This document shows positions 17,721 to 27,025 of a stretch of 64,000 nucleotides of DNA, one piece after another. Every line of letters starts with the position of its first letter. Position 1 is the stretch's first letter. The stretch comes from Verrucomicrobiia bacterium (lineage in GTDB: Bacteria > Verrucomicrobiota > Verrucomicrobiia > Palsa-1439): NCBI GenBank assembly GCA_035515475.1, contig DATJBF010000008.1, positions 1,899 to 65,898 of the forward strand. Direction: 5' to 3'. The notes under the pieces were generated by a model. The model was not told the DNA's origin. It saw only the letters and a program-made list of their open reading frames with translations, and did not search any database. The position numbers were made by a program, and so were the translations under genes.

Positions 17721-18896
17721 TTACGGCGCCGCGACGCTCACCTCGATGGGCGACGCGAGCCCTTGGGCGAACTCATCGACGTACGTCTTCCACGCGTCGA
17801 GGCTGGTGAACGGCCCGGCCTTGTCCCAGCAGAACCCGGCCCAGAATGAAACCGGGCCGTCGGCCGGCACCTTGGCCAACATGAGCAGGTTCCGCTTGTC
17901 CTCGGTTTGTCTCTCGAAGAGCTTCGGGTCGACGATCACTGCGAGACCCTGCATGCCGGCGTTCTTTTCCATCGGCTCCCATTTCGCCAGCCAGGCGTGC
18001 TCACTGTTCAGCGCCTTTTCTTCGCCGTCCACTTTCTTGAGGCCGACGGCCATGGTCAGGGTCACCGGCTTCTCGGGCCGGCTGTAGGCTTTGTAGAAGC
18101 TCTGGTAATGATTGAGATTCTGTCCGGCATCGAGCGTGACGCGTTTGACCTCGCTGGCGCCCACACCGTTCACGTCGAATGGATCGTAAACGAGTTCGAA
18201 GACGACGCGGATCGGTCCGTTGGCCAGCACCCGCGAGTCGACGAAGTTGTTCGCCACCCAGAGCTTGTCCGCCGCCCAGATCCCGGTCCCGCCGCAGCCG
18301 CGGGTCTGGCCGGCGGTATAATCGTCAAACCCGTCGCCTTCATCGGCGTGATAATTGTCCACCATGTACCACTCATCGATCACCATCCGCGGCGTGCGTT
18401 TCGACCAGACATCGATGCTGCTGCTGATCAGGGGTTCGCCTGCCCACGTTTCCAGTGCTTTGCCGTAGGTGCGATGCGCGATCCGGTCGTTCTCCCACGC
18501 AAAATCGTCGAACCGTTCCCGGACAAACCGTCCGTGCGCCTTGAACTGTTCTCTGGTGTACTCCTGTTTCGCGCCGGCGTAGGCCGTGAATGACTTCGTC
18601 TCTTTGGGAGCGAAATTGGCCTGGAAAATCACGATGTCCGGCGTGTGATACGCGTCGTAGTCGGTGTCGACCGCCTGACACAACACTTCGTTGCCGGCGA
18701 CGTCCCGGACGTGAATCTTGGTCAGATCATCGCCGAGCGGGGCGAGATCTTTCGCCGACAGCTCAATCGTCTGGCTGGGCCGGGCAAACGACAGCGTGTT
18801 GACGGCTTTCACCGTTAGTTGATTGCCCGCTGCCAGACACAAGTTTGGCAGGGCAACAAGTGTCACGACGACCAACGCCTTTTCAGATTTCGTCAT
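17721..18896 (-). CDS. Secreted protein, possibly DUF4861-like (ORF to 18965; signal-peptide start ~18896)
   Basis: 'MTKSEKALVVVTLVALPNLCLA' signal peptide; motifs 'FAWENDRIAHRTYGKALE', 'GQTRGCGGTGIW'; the family name is recalled from memory, not verified. Confidence 0.4.
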   Translation of the reverse strand: MTKSEKALVVVTLVALPNLCLAAGNQLTVKAVNTLSFARPSQTIELSAKDLAPLGDDLTKIHVRDVAGNEVLCQAVDTDYDAYHTPDIVIFQANFAPKETKSFTAYAGAKQEYTREQFKAHGRFVRERFDDFAWENDRIAHRTYGKALETWAGEPLISSSIDVWSKRTPRMVIDEWYMVDNYHADEGDGFDDYTAGQTRGCGGTGIWAADKLWVANNFVDSRVLANGPIRVVFELVYDPFDVNGVGASEVKRVTLDAGQNLNHYQSFYKAYSRPEKPVTLTMAVGLKKVDGEEKALNSEHAWLAKWEPMEKNAGMQGLAVIVDPKLFERQTEDKRNLLMLAKVPADGPVSFWAGFCWDKAGPFTSLDAWKTYVDEFAQGLASPIEVSVAAP

Positions 18897-19102
18897 GGGA
18901 AACGCTCCTTTTTTCTTCGGGCTCGCGAGTCCCGATTGCTTGATCGAGCCTGCAATACCGGACAAACAAAGTCAATTGTTTCGGCGGTTTGGGAAAATCT
19001 GGTCTGAAATCTGTAGCGGCGGTCTATGACCGTCGACAACAGAAGACGCTGGCTGCCACGGCGCTCACAGGGCGCCGCTACAGTACGGCTGACGTCTGCG
19101 CC

Positions 19103-19936
19103 CTACCGCGCCAACTGCGCGGCGAGGTTGATCGCGGCGATCATGCTGGCGGGGTTGGCGATACCTTTGCCGGCGATGTCGAACGCCGTGCCGTGGTCGG
19201 GCGAGGTGCGGACGAATGGCAACCCCAACGTCAGATTCACACCCGAATCGAACGCGATCATCTTGAGCGGTGCCAAACCCTGATCGTGGTACATCGCCAC
19301 CACCGCGTCGAATCCACCGTGATAGGCTTTATGAAACAGCGTGTCGGCCGGCCACGGGCCGCTGACTCCGGGAAGTCTGTGGGCGACCCGGCGCACCGCC
19401 GGTGCAATGATGCGTCGCTCTTCGTCACCCAGCAGACCGTCTTCCCCGGCATGTGGATTCAAGCCGGCCACGCCGATCTTCGGTCGACGGATGCCGAAGC
19501 GCTTGCAGACGTCGTGAGAAAGCTCGATCACTTCGATGATCCGTCTCGCCGAGAGCAACCGAGGCACTTTGGCTATCGGCACGTGAATCGTCGCCAAGGC
19601 GACCCGCAACGGTCCACCCACGAGCATCATGGCAAATCGTTTTGTCCGGGCGATGTGCGCCAGCAACTCGGTGTGGCCTTCGAATGGATAACCCGCGTCG
19701 CGCAGGAGTTGCTTGCTGATGGGCGCGGTAACGAGCGCGGCCAGTTCGCCTGCAAGACAGCGTTTCGCACCGTCAACGATCCAGTCGGCGGCATCGGCCC
19801 GGCGTTTGGTGCGCGGGTTGCCGATGACCTCGTAGTCGAATCGTTTGTCGAGCTTGCGCGACGCGAGGGCTTTGGCGACGATTTCCGGGCCGATGCCGGC
19901 CACGTCGCCCAGCGTGATGCCAATGCGCGGTTTCAT
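19103..19936 (-). CDS. pdxA: 4-hydroxythreonine-4-phosphate dehydrogenase
   Basis: 'MKPRIGITLGDVAGIGPEI...HTELLA...GLNPHAGE...MYHDQGL...RTSPDHGTAFDIAGKGIA' PdxA signature; sits downstream of the surA-like gene as in the classical surA-pdxA arrangement. Confidence 0.9.
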   Translation of the reverse strand: MKPRIGITLGDVAGIGPEIVAKALASRKLDKRFDYEVIGNPRTKRRADAADWIVDGAKRCLAGELAALVTAPISKQLLRDAGYPFEGHTELLAHIARTKRFAMMLVGGPLRVALATIHVPIAKVPRLLSARRIIEVIELSHDVCKRFGIRRPKIGVAGLNPHAGEDGLLGDEERRIIAPAVRRVAHRLPGVSGPWPADTLFHKAYHGGFDAVVAMYHDQGLAPLKMIAFDSGVNLTLGLPFVRTSPDHGTAFDIAGKGIANPASMIAAINLAAQLAR

Positions 19937-20047
19937 GGGAAATGGAGTATTGGAGTAACGGAGTGTTGGAGTAATGGGGTCGACACGATCTGCCGACGTC
20001 CCGTCAGACAATACTCCAAGACCCCATCAGTCCATCGCCCCATTCCG

Positions 20048-21223
20048 TCAGAAGAGGCGGATATACGCCTTGGCGCGGAGGTCTTTGACCCAGTCTTCCT
20101 GCATCTTGGCGCGTTGCTGCTGCAACAGGGTTTTCTCGATGTCGTCGCGCACCTCGGCCAGCGGAATCGTGTGTGCCGGTCTCACGTCGTCAACTTCCAA
20201 GATGTAGTAGCCTTCGGCAGTCTCGATAATGCGGCTGTGTTGGCCCGGCTTTAGTTTGAAAGCGGTTTCGTTGAGTTCCTTGCGCAAGATATCCCGGCCG
20301 ATCCAGCCCCAATCGCCGCCTTCCTTCGCCTCTTTGGCCTCTGAATACACCTTGGCCATGCTTTCGAAGCTGTCGCCCGCATCGAGCTTGGCCAGAATCT
20401 CCTCGGCCAGCTCGCGTTGGGGATCGACGGGCGGCGGAGTCGGCTTGCTGACCGCTACCGCATTCGTCTCCGCCGCCGGGGCATTTGTCGTCGCAGCGCC
20501 TGCCTCGGCGACCGTCGTGGTGGATGCGATGGCTTGGACGTTGTTGGTGCCAGGGATCTCGCCGGCGGACGGGGCGATCGTTGTCGCCGCGCTTGCCGGG
20601 GGCGCCAGTCCTGCCGCTTCGTTGGTGGACGCAGTGGCTGCCGGCGCGGCGGTTGGTTGGCTGACCGGTTGACTGCGTTTGATGAAGATCATCCGCAGTT
20701 TGATCTGGTCGCCGACCTTGTACTGGTCGAGGTTGTCCTGGTAATACTTTTCGATCTTGTAGGGCGACACGATGACGGCCTGCTGGGTTTTGTGGCCGCG
20801 CATGGCCTGAACGATCACCCGGTCGCGCACCTGGTCGCGGTATTGCGACAGCGTGAGGTTCTCGGCCTCGAGTGTCTTGATGAACGTGGCGCGGTTCCCG
20901 CCGTAGTCGTCGGCAATGATGTCGTTGATCTGCTGGTCGACGACCGTTTCCGGGATCTTGTACCCTTTGGTATTGAATTCCTGGATGATGAGCGCCCGTT
21001 CGATGAGGCTGTTCAGCGCGTCCATTTGTGCCTTCCGCACCTGGTCCACCAACTCCTGGCCCGAGAAATTGCGCCGAAGTTGTTGGACTACGGGCTGGAC
21101 GAACTGGCGAACCTCACTGTAGGTGATGATGTTGGAGTTGACGATGGCGGCCACGCCGTCGATGATTTCCGCGCCCCGAACCGTGCCGGCGAACGCCAAG
21201 ATTGTCACCACCACCGCGGCCAT
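20048..21223 (-). CDS. surA: SurA-like periplasmic chaperone / PpiC-type peptidyl-prolyl isomerase (ORF runs to 22021 through a GC-artefact extension; likely start 21223 or 21301)
   Basis: Signal peptide 'MAAVVVTILAFAGTVRGAEI', 'VAAIVNSNIITYSEV' SurA N-domain start, C-terminal parvulin-like region. Confidence 0.7.
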   Translation of the reverse strand: MAAVVVTILAFAGTVRGAEIIDGVAAIVNSNIITYSEVRQFVQPVVQQLRRNFSGQELVDQVRKAQMDALNSLIERALIIQEFNTKGYKIPETVVDQQINDIIADDYGGNRATFIKTLEAENLTLSQYRDQVRDRVIVQAMRGHKTQQAVIVSPYKIEKYYQDNLDQYKVGDQIKLRMIFIKRSQPVSQPTAAPAATASTNEAAGLAPPASAATTIAPSAGEIPGTNNVQAIASTTTVAEAGAATTNAPAAETNAVAVSKPTPPPVDPQRELAEEILAKLDAGDSFESMAKVYSEAKEAKEGGDWGWIGRDILRKELNETAFKLKPGQHSRIIETAEGYYILEVDDVRPAHTIPLAEVRDDIEKTLLQQQRAKMQEDWVKDLRAKAYIRLF

Positions 21224-21390
21224 CCGTCGCCCTGCAATTCCTGCTCGCGATGACCCGATCCGGTTGTCCGCGGCGAGACCGCTCTCGGAAGTCTTCAACA
21301 TGTCACGGGAGAATAACCGAACACCGCCTCGCGGTGCAAGCTGTTGAACGCGTTTGTATGCCGCGAGCCGGCTCGCGGCCACGATGGGTC

Positions 21391-22968
21391 TCAGACTTTC
21401 GGACCGGCCGCGACGATCTCGGCACGGGCGTCTTTGAATTGCTCGAAGTTCTTGGCGAACTTTGCGGCGAGGTCGCGGGCACGGCGTTCGTAATCCTTGG
21501 GGTTCTTGGCACAGAGGCGCGGGTCGAGCATTTCCCGCGGCATTTCGGGCAACGCCTTCGGCACCTCGAAGCGGAAGACCGGGTCGATCCAAAACTCGGC
21601 GCGATCGAGCGAGCCGTCCAGCATGTTCGCCACGTTGTGCCGATTGTTCCAGAGCGGAATGCGCGGGCCCTGGCCGAACGGATTCCCCACCCAGCCGGTG
21701 TTCAACAAATAACAGTGCACGTTGTGCTGTTTCATCTTCTGGGCCAGCATCTCCGCGTAGACCTGCGGCGGCAACGGCAAAAACGGCGCGCCGAAACAGG
21801 TCGAGAACGTCGGCGTCGGATCCTTGCCCAGGTTGGCCTCGGTGCCCGCGAGCGACGCGGTGTAGCCGGCCATGAAGTGATACATCGCTTGCGCGGGATT
21901 GAGCCGCGCGACGGGCGGTAGCACGCCGAACGCGTCGCACGCCAGGAACACGATCGCTTTCGGATGCCCCCCCATGCCGCCGGGCACGGCGTTGGGAATG
22001 AATTCCAACGGATACGCGCAACGCGTGTTCTCCGTGATCGAATCATCGAAGTAATCCGCCTCGCGCGTTTCGGGATTGACGGCGACGTTCTCGATGACCG
22101 AGCCGAACCGGATGGCGTTCCAGATCATCGGCTCGCGTTCCTTCGTCAGTTTGATGCACTTCGCGTAACAGCCGCCTTCGAAATTGAATACGCCCTGATC
22201 GCTCCAGCCGTGTTCGTCGTCGCCGATCAGGCCGCGCGCCGGATCGGCCGAGAGCGTCGTCTTGCCCGTGCCGCTCAGTCCGAAGAAGATCGCCACGTCG
22301 CCGTCGTTGCCGACGTTGGCCGAACAGTGCATGGGGAGCACGCCTTTTGGGGGCAGCATGAAGTTGAGGACGCTGAAGATGCTCTTCTTGATCTCACCGG
22401 CGTACTGCGTGCCGCCAATCAGCACGGTCTTGCGGGAAAAATCGACAATGACAAACGCTTCGCTGTTGAGCTTGTGCTTCTTGGGATCAGCGAGAAACCG
22501 GCAGGCGTTGATGACCGTCCACTCCGGCACGTGCGACTTGAGCTGCTCCGAGGTGGCCCGACGGAACAGCTGTTTCACGAACAGATTGTGCCAGGCCAAC
22601 TCCGTAACAATGCGGATCGGCATCGTATACCGCGGATCGGCGCCCGCATAACCGTCCATCACGAACAATTCGCGTCCCTGCAGGTATGCCAGGACTTCCT
22701 GGCGTAGTCCGAGGTAATTCTTCTCCGTGATCGGCTGGTTGATCTTGCCCCACCAGATCTTGTCTCTGGTCGATGGCTCGTCGACGACCCATTTGTCGCG
22801 GGGCGAGCGGCCCGTGCGTTTGCCCGTCAACGCGTTCAATGCGCCGCTGCTCGTCAGCATGCCCTCGCCGCGCCGGATCGATTCTTCCACCAACTGCGCC
22901 ACCGGCAGGTTCCAATGCACTGTACCCGGGCTTACAATCCCATGATGTTCCAATCCGTATTGGCTCAT
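21391..22968 (-). CDS. pckA: Phosphoenolpyruvate carboxykinase (ATP)
   Basis: 'FGLSGTGKTTLSADP', 'IGDDEHGW', 'NTGWVG' and overall PckA-like sequence. Confidence 0.9.
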   Translation of the reverse strand: MSQYGLEHHGIVSPGTVHWNLPVAQLVEESIRRGEGMLTSSGALNALTGKRTGRSPRDKWVVDEPSTRDKIWWGKINQPITEKNYLGLRQEVLAYLQGRELFVMDGYAGADPRYTMPIRIVTELAWHNLFVKQLFRRATSEQLKSHVPEWTVINACRFLADPKKHKLNSEAFVIVDFSRKTVLIGGTQYAGEIKKSIFSVLNFMLPPKGVLPMHCSANVGNDGDVAIFFGLSGTGKTTLSADPARGLIGDDEHGWSDQGVFNFEGGCYAKCIKLTKEREPMIWNAIRFGSVIENVAVNPETREADYFDDSITENTRCAYPLEFIPNAVPGGMGGHPKAIVFLACDAFGVLPPVARLNPAQAMYHFMAGYTASLAGTEANLGKDPTPTFSTCFGAPFLPLPPQVYAEMLAQKMKQHNVHCYLLNTGWVGNPFGQGPRIPLWNNRHNVANMLDGSLDRAEFWIDPVFRFEVPKALPEMPREMLDPRLCAKNPKDYERRARDLAAKFAKNFEQFKDARAEIVAAGPKV

Positions 22969-23071
22969 AATATTAGGTTTCCTCGCCTTAGGATGCGTAA
23001 CCGCGCCCTGCACGCTTTTACCGATTTTTCTGCAAAAGCGCAACAGGAAAGGACGCCTTCACCGCGAAGCG

Positions 23072-23095
23072 CACGAAGAACACGAAGGCTTCGTG
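23072..23095. repeat. CACGAAG/CTTCGTG heptamer element with a perfect 15-nt palindrome cacgaagGcttcgtg (related array at 26948-27013)
   Basis: cacgaagaacacgaaggcttcgtg in the intergenic region between pckA and the radical-SAM gene. Confidence 0.6.
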
Positions 23096-23113
23096 AACTT
23101 CATTTCGGCGCGG

Positions 23114-23986
23114 TCAGCTTCCATAAAAACTTTCGGCGCCGATGCCGGTTTCTTGCCGGACACGCGCCGTGATGGCGTCGACTTCGGCATCGGACAGCGC
23201 CGTCACGAATTGCCACGCGGGCACGCCGTCCACCATCGTCATCGGCTTGCGGGCGATGGTGTAGACCTGGACGAGCTTGATCTGACCGCCCGCGGTGACG
23301 ATGTCACGCAACCGCTGACAGTAGGCGGTGATTTCCTCTGAACTCGGCCCTACACCGTGCACGTTCATGAACAGGCTCTGAATCACGATCGGCCGCGCTG
23401 CCGCGCAGGCCGTGATGTTTTTCAGGATCCGCGCAAGCGGGATTTTCGTGCGACTGATCAGTCTGAAATATTCTTCCGTGCCCGCATCGAGCTTCGCCCA
23501 GACTTCACCGTTGGTCGCGTCCATGATTTCCAGGCCGCGTTTCACGTCGGCCCGGTCCAGTCCGCCCGCATCGGTGATGAGAACGATCTTCGCGTCCGGC
23601 GGTTTGGCGCGGGCGATCATCTCGATGGTTGCCGAGAAGTTGGGCAGCGTCGTCGGCTCGGCGTCCCCGCTGAGGGCGAAGTCGTTGAGCTGGAGCTTCT
23701 CCGGCGGCACGGAATCGAATGGCGGATGCTGCGCGAGTTCACCCGACTTCAGGATGTCCAGCATCGCGCGCAGTTCTTCCTCAGCGGCGGCCAGGTTGAA
23801 GTCCTGGACCGGGGAAGGCGCGGTGCGGTCCACCTGACAATAGATGCAGTCGAAATTGCAGACCTTGTCGGGATTGGTGTTGATGCCGATGGAAATGCCG
23901 TGGCTCCGCCGCGAGAGGACCGGATAGACGAACCGGAAGCTCTCCCAGTGACGCGGGTGTGATTTATGTGCCGGAAGGATGTCCAC
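23114..23986 (-). CDS. Radical SAM domain protein
   Basis: 'CNFDCIYC' CxxxCxxC cluster motif near the N-terminus. Confidence 0.7.
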   Translation of the reverse strand: MDILPAHKSHPRHWESFRFVYPVLSRRSHGISIGINTNPDKVCNFDCIYCQVDRTAPSPVQDFNLAAAEEELRAMLDILKSGELAQHPPFDSVPPEKLQLNDFALSGDAEPTTLPNFSATIEMIARAKPPDAKIVLITDAGGLDRADVKRGLEIMDATNGEVWAKLDAGTEEYFRLISRTKIPLARILKNITACAAARPIVIQSLFMNVHGVGPSSEEITAYCQRLRDIVTAGGQIKLVQVYTIARKPMTMVDGVPAWQFVTALSDAEVDAITARVRQETGIGAESFYGS

Positions 23987-24047
23987 GACGGGAAATTATC
24001 CGCGGATTACGCGAATTGCACGGATGAAATATCCGCGGCCATCGGCG

Positions 24048-24566
24048 TCATCCGCGGTTCACTACAAACGCCAGCCGTTCCCGCGGATCGGCGGACTGTG
24101 GCGCGAGCGTGACCGTGGCACCGGCGAAAGCGTGTTTGACCACCGGTTCGAGTTGCTGGCGGGCTTCGACCGTATTGGGTGCCAGCAAACGATCGTTGCT
24201 AAACACCTCAAACTCATCGGCGCGGAATTCGATCCCACCGAGTTTGGGTTCGGCTTCGAGAAGGCGGACGGCCGCCTGCGCCGATTCGAACGCGGTCTGG
24301 AGAGGGTTGGCGACGGGCTGTTTGCGGTAATAAACCAACCCCAGATGGTCGTCCGTTTGCTCCACGCTGAAGTTGCCTTCATGCGCCACGAGCAGGATGC
24401 CGGGTCCATTGTAGACGTGTGAGTAATCATGCACGTCGATCAGCAAATGCCCGGCGATCTTCTGCTGCTGGATCCACGAATGAAACACCGGGATGAAATC
24501 GCGGAGATCCACGGCCGCGGGATTCGCCGTGAAGATTTTCACGCCGAGTTTGTAAAGTTCTATCAT
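24048..24566 (-). CDS. Conserved hypothetical protein (172 aa; ORF reaches 24965 via an antisense extension)
   Basis: Start 'MIELYKLGVKIF' lies immediately downstream of the sulfite reductase gene; no recognisable motif. Confidence 0.45.
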   Translation of the reverse strand: MIELYKLGVKIFTANPAAVDLRDFIPVFHSWIQQQKIAGHLLIDVHDYSHVYNGPGILLVAHEGNFSVEQTDDHLGLVYYRKQPVANPLQTAFESAQAAVRLLEAEPKLGGIEFRADEFEVFSNDRLLAPNTVEARQQLEPVVKHAFAGATVTLAPQSADPRERLAFVVNRG

Positions 24567-24601
24567 CGGTCGGTTTCTTGTAACGGTGAAAGCCTTCGGA
24601 G

Positions 24602-26851
24602 CTACAGTTTCAAATTCGCTGCCTTCTGTTCCCGCAATTTGTCGGCGCACGCGTGCGACGCGTCGATGAACAGTTGCGCTTCCTGGACGAGCCGATGGAT
24701 CTCGTCGGGATCGAGCCGCGTCGGCGGATTCTCGTGGCGCTGCAGGAAATCCTGGGCGAACTTGCCGCCCACAAACCGGTCCCAAAACAGTTTCGGCTCG
24801 TAAAGACGCGTGCGGAATTCCTTGGCGATCGCGTCGGGATCGGCCGGCACGTCGTACCACAGTTCTTTCACCAGCGCGTGGGCGGCCTGCAACATCGATT
24901 GGTAAGCCAACGCGTCGGCGTTCGCCAAATCCTTGGCTTCGAGTTTGAGTTGCGCCTCGAAGCACAACCGCTCGGCGGCCTGCAAATCGAAGTCCAACCG
25001 CGACACGACTTCACCGGCGCATTCGCCGACGCCCATGTCGCCCATGGTGAACTCGCGCGGGTCGTCCCAATCACTGTAGAACGACGGGTCGTTTTCGTAC
25101 GGCGGCACTTCCATCAGGTCTTCCAGCATCTTGCGGCTCTCGGCTTTGCCGATCCGCGTGATGAACTCCTGAAAACTCTCGTTCCCCTGCCGTCCGTCGA
25201 CGAACCGCTGCGTGATGCGGTCGACGACGTCCGGCACGCGCTTCGACGGCACCGAGCCGATGGCCAGGCCGTACGACCCGGCGTTATCTTTCCATTTGCC
25301 GCCGAGCAACACCTGGAAGTGCGGCACCTTGTGCTTGCCGATGGTGCGGCTGTTCCCGTAGAAACCGATATCGGCGACGTGATGTTGGCCGCAGGAGTTG
25401 AAGCAGCCGCTCATCTTGATCCGCAATCCTTGCACGGCTTTGTCGAGGGTGAAGAACTTCTCCGCCAACCGACCGCGGATTTCGCGCGCCAGCCCGCGCG
25501 ACGATGCAATCCCCAGTTTGCACGTGTCGGTGCCGGGGCAAGCAACCACGTCGAGAATCGTCCCCGCGCCGTGCTCGCCGAGGCCGATCTTCTTCAGTTC
25601 GCGGTAGAGCGCCGGCAGGTCGGCCTCGGTGATCCAGCGCAACACGATGTTCTGCTCGACCGTCGTGCGAATGTTGTCGCCGCTGAACTTCCGCGCGAGG
25701 TCGGCCAGTTGCCGCATCTGCCACGCCGTAATGTCGCCAATGGGCAGAGTGACCGTCGCCACCGCGTACCCGGGCTGGCGCTGACGGTAGACGTTGGTGT
25801 TGACCCAGGCGTCGAAGCCTTCCGGATGTCCCGCCCCGGCGGGATTCAAGGAGGACGCGAGCTTACACGGTTTCTCGGCAAACTCATGGGCTTGCGGCAA
25901 ATACGCCGTCCACCGCGGATCGTGCGGCAGAATCTGGCGCTCTTCCAGCACGAGCCGGCGAAATTCATCGATGCCGAGTTTCGCGACGAGGAACTTGATG
26001 CGGGCCCGAGACCGGTTCTGTTTCTCGCCGAGTCGGGCAAACACACGTGCGATCGCTTGAGCGATCGGCAACAACTCCTCTTCAGGGAGAAACTCGGCGA
26101 AGACCTTCGCCTGATACGGCACCGGTCCGAGTCCGCCGCCGACAAACAACTTGAAGCCGCGCTGGCCGTCGCGGATCTGGGCGATGGCGCCGAGGTCGTG
26201 CATGGTGACGAGTCCGCAGGCTTCCTGTTCGCAGCCGGAAAAGGCAGGCTTGAATTTGCGTCCGAAATCCTGCGTGTCGGGATGCCCGAGCAAGAACCGC
26301 GACAACGCTTTCGCGTAGGGTGTGACGTCGAACGCCTCGGTATGGCAGGCGCCGGCCAGCGGGCAGGCGGTGACATTGCGCACCGCGTTGCCGCAGGCTT
26401 CGCGGGTGGTGATGCCGACCGACGCCAGCCGCCGCATGATCGTCGGGGTATCGTCGATGTGAACGAAATGAAGTTGAAAATCCTGTCGCGTGGTGACGTG
26501 CAGAATGCCGTCGGCATATTCTTCCGCGACGTCGGCGAGCATTTCCATTTGCTCGGCCGTCAGTCCGCCGAACGGGATCTTGATCCGCTGCATGCCGGGC
26601 GCGTCCCACATCGTGTCCGGGCCTTTGGTGAGCGTGCCCGATGGATAATTCAGGTGCTGGGTCTTGATGCCGTCGTGGCGCTGGCCGTTGTCGTAGCGCT
26701 GGCCGTACGCACCCCGGCGCAGGCGGGTCTCGGCAAACAACTTCTCGTCGATCTTGCCGAGTTTCCGCAGTTCGAGCTGGGTCTCGTACACGTCGATCTC
26801 CTGAGCGAGTTCGACGGGAATGCGACCAGCCAGCGTGTCTTTCCAGGTCAT
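24602..26851 (-). CDS. Ferredoxin-dependent sulfite/nitrite reductase hemoprotein (siroheme-[4Fe-4S]) with extra ~140-aa C-terminal domain (ORF to 27829 is antisense extension over era)
   Basis: 'TREACGNAVRNVTACPLAGAC' and 'MSGCFNSCGQHHVADIGFYG' siroheme/Fe-S binding motifs; start 'MTWKDTL' at ~26851. Confidence 0.8.
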   Translation of the reverse strand: MTWKDTLAGRIPVELAQEIDVYETQLELRKLGKIDEKLFAETRLRRGAYGQRYDNGQRHDGIKTQHLNYPSGTLTKGPDTMWDAPGMQRIKIPFGGLTAEQMEMLADVAEEYADGILHVTTRQDFQLHFVHIDDTPTIMRRLASVGITTREACGNAVRNVTACPLAGACHTEAFDVTPYAKALSRFLLGHPDTQDFGRKFKPAFSGCEQEACGLVTMHDLGAIAQIRDGQRGFKLFVGGGLGPVPYQAKVFAEFLPEEELLPIAQAIARVFARLGEKQNRSRARIKFLVAKLGIDEFRRLVLEERQILPHDPRWTAYLPQAHEFAEKPCKLASSLNPAGAGHPEGFDAWVNTNVYRQRQPGYAVATVTLPIGDITAWQMRQLADLARKFSGDNIRTTVEQNIVLRWITEADLPALYRELKKIGLGEHGAGTILDVVACPGTDTCKLGIASSRGLAREIRGRLAEKFFTLDKAVQGLRIKMSGCFNSCGQHHVADIGFYGNSRTIGKHKVPHFQVLLGGKWKDNAGSYGLAIGSVPSKRVPDVVDRITQRFVDGRQGNESFQEFITRIGKAESRKMLEDLMEVPPYENDPSFYSDWDDPREFTMGDMGVGECAGEVVSRLDFDLQAAERLCFEAQLKLEAKDLANADALAYQSMLQAAHALVKELWYDVPADPDAIAKEFRTRLYEPKLFWDRFVGGKFAQDFLQRHENPPTRLDPDEIHRLVQEAQLFIDASHACADKLREQKAANLKL

Positions 26852-26947
26852 GCCCGAACCAATTTGTCGCAAATTCCCCGGAACACAACAAGAAAGTCGT
26901 GGTTTCCACGCCCAATTCTGAGCGAGCCGCCTAGGATTCACCACCAA

Positions 26948-27013
26948 GATCACGAAGGCCACGAAGCTCCCAAGCTTCAGGGAAACCTTCGTGCTCTTCG
27001 TGCACTTCGTGGT
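26948..27013. repeat. Array of five CACGAAG/CTTCGTG heptamers (2 direct + 3 inverted) in the divergent sir-era intergenic region
   Basis: atcacgaaggccacgaag...cttcgtgctcttcgtgcacttcgtgg; same heptamer as at 23072-23095. Confidence 0.55.
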
Positions 27014-27025
27014 AAACTCCGAGTC

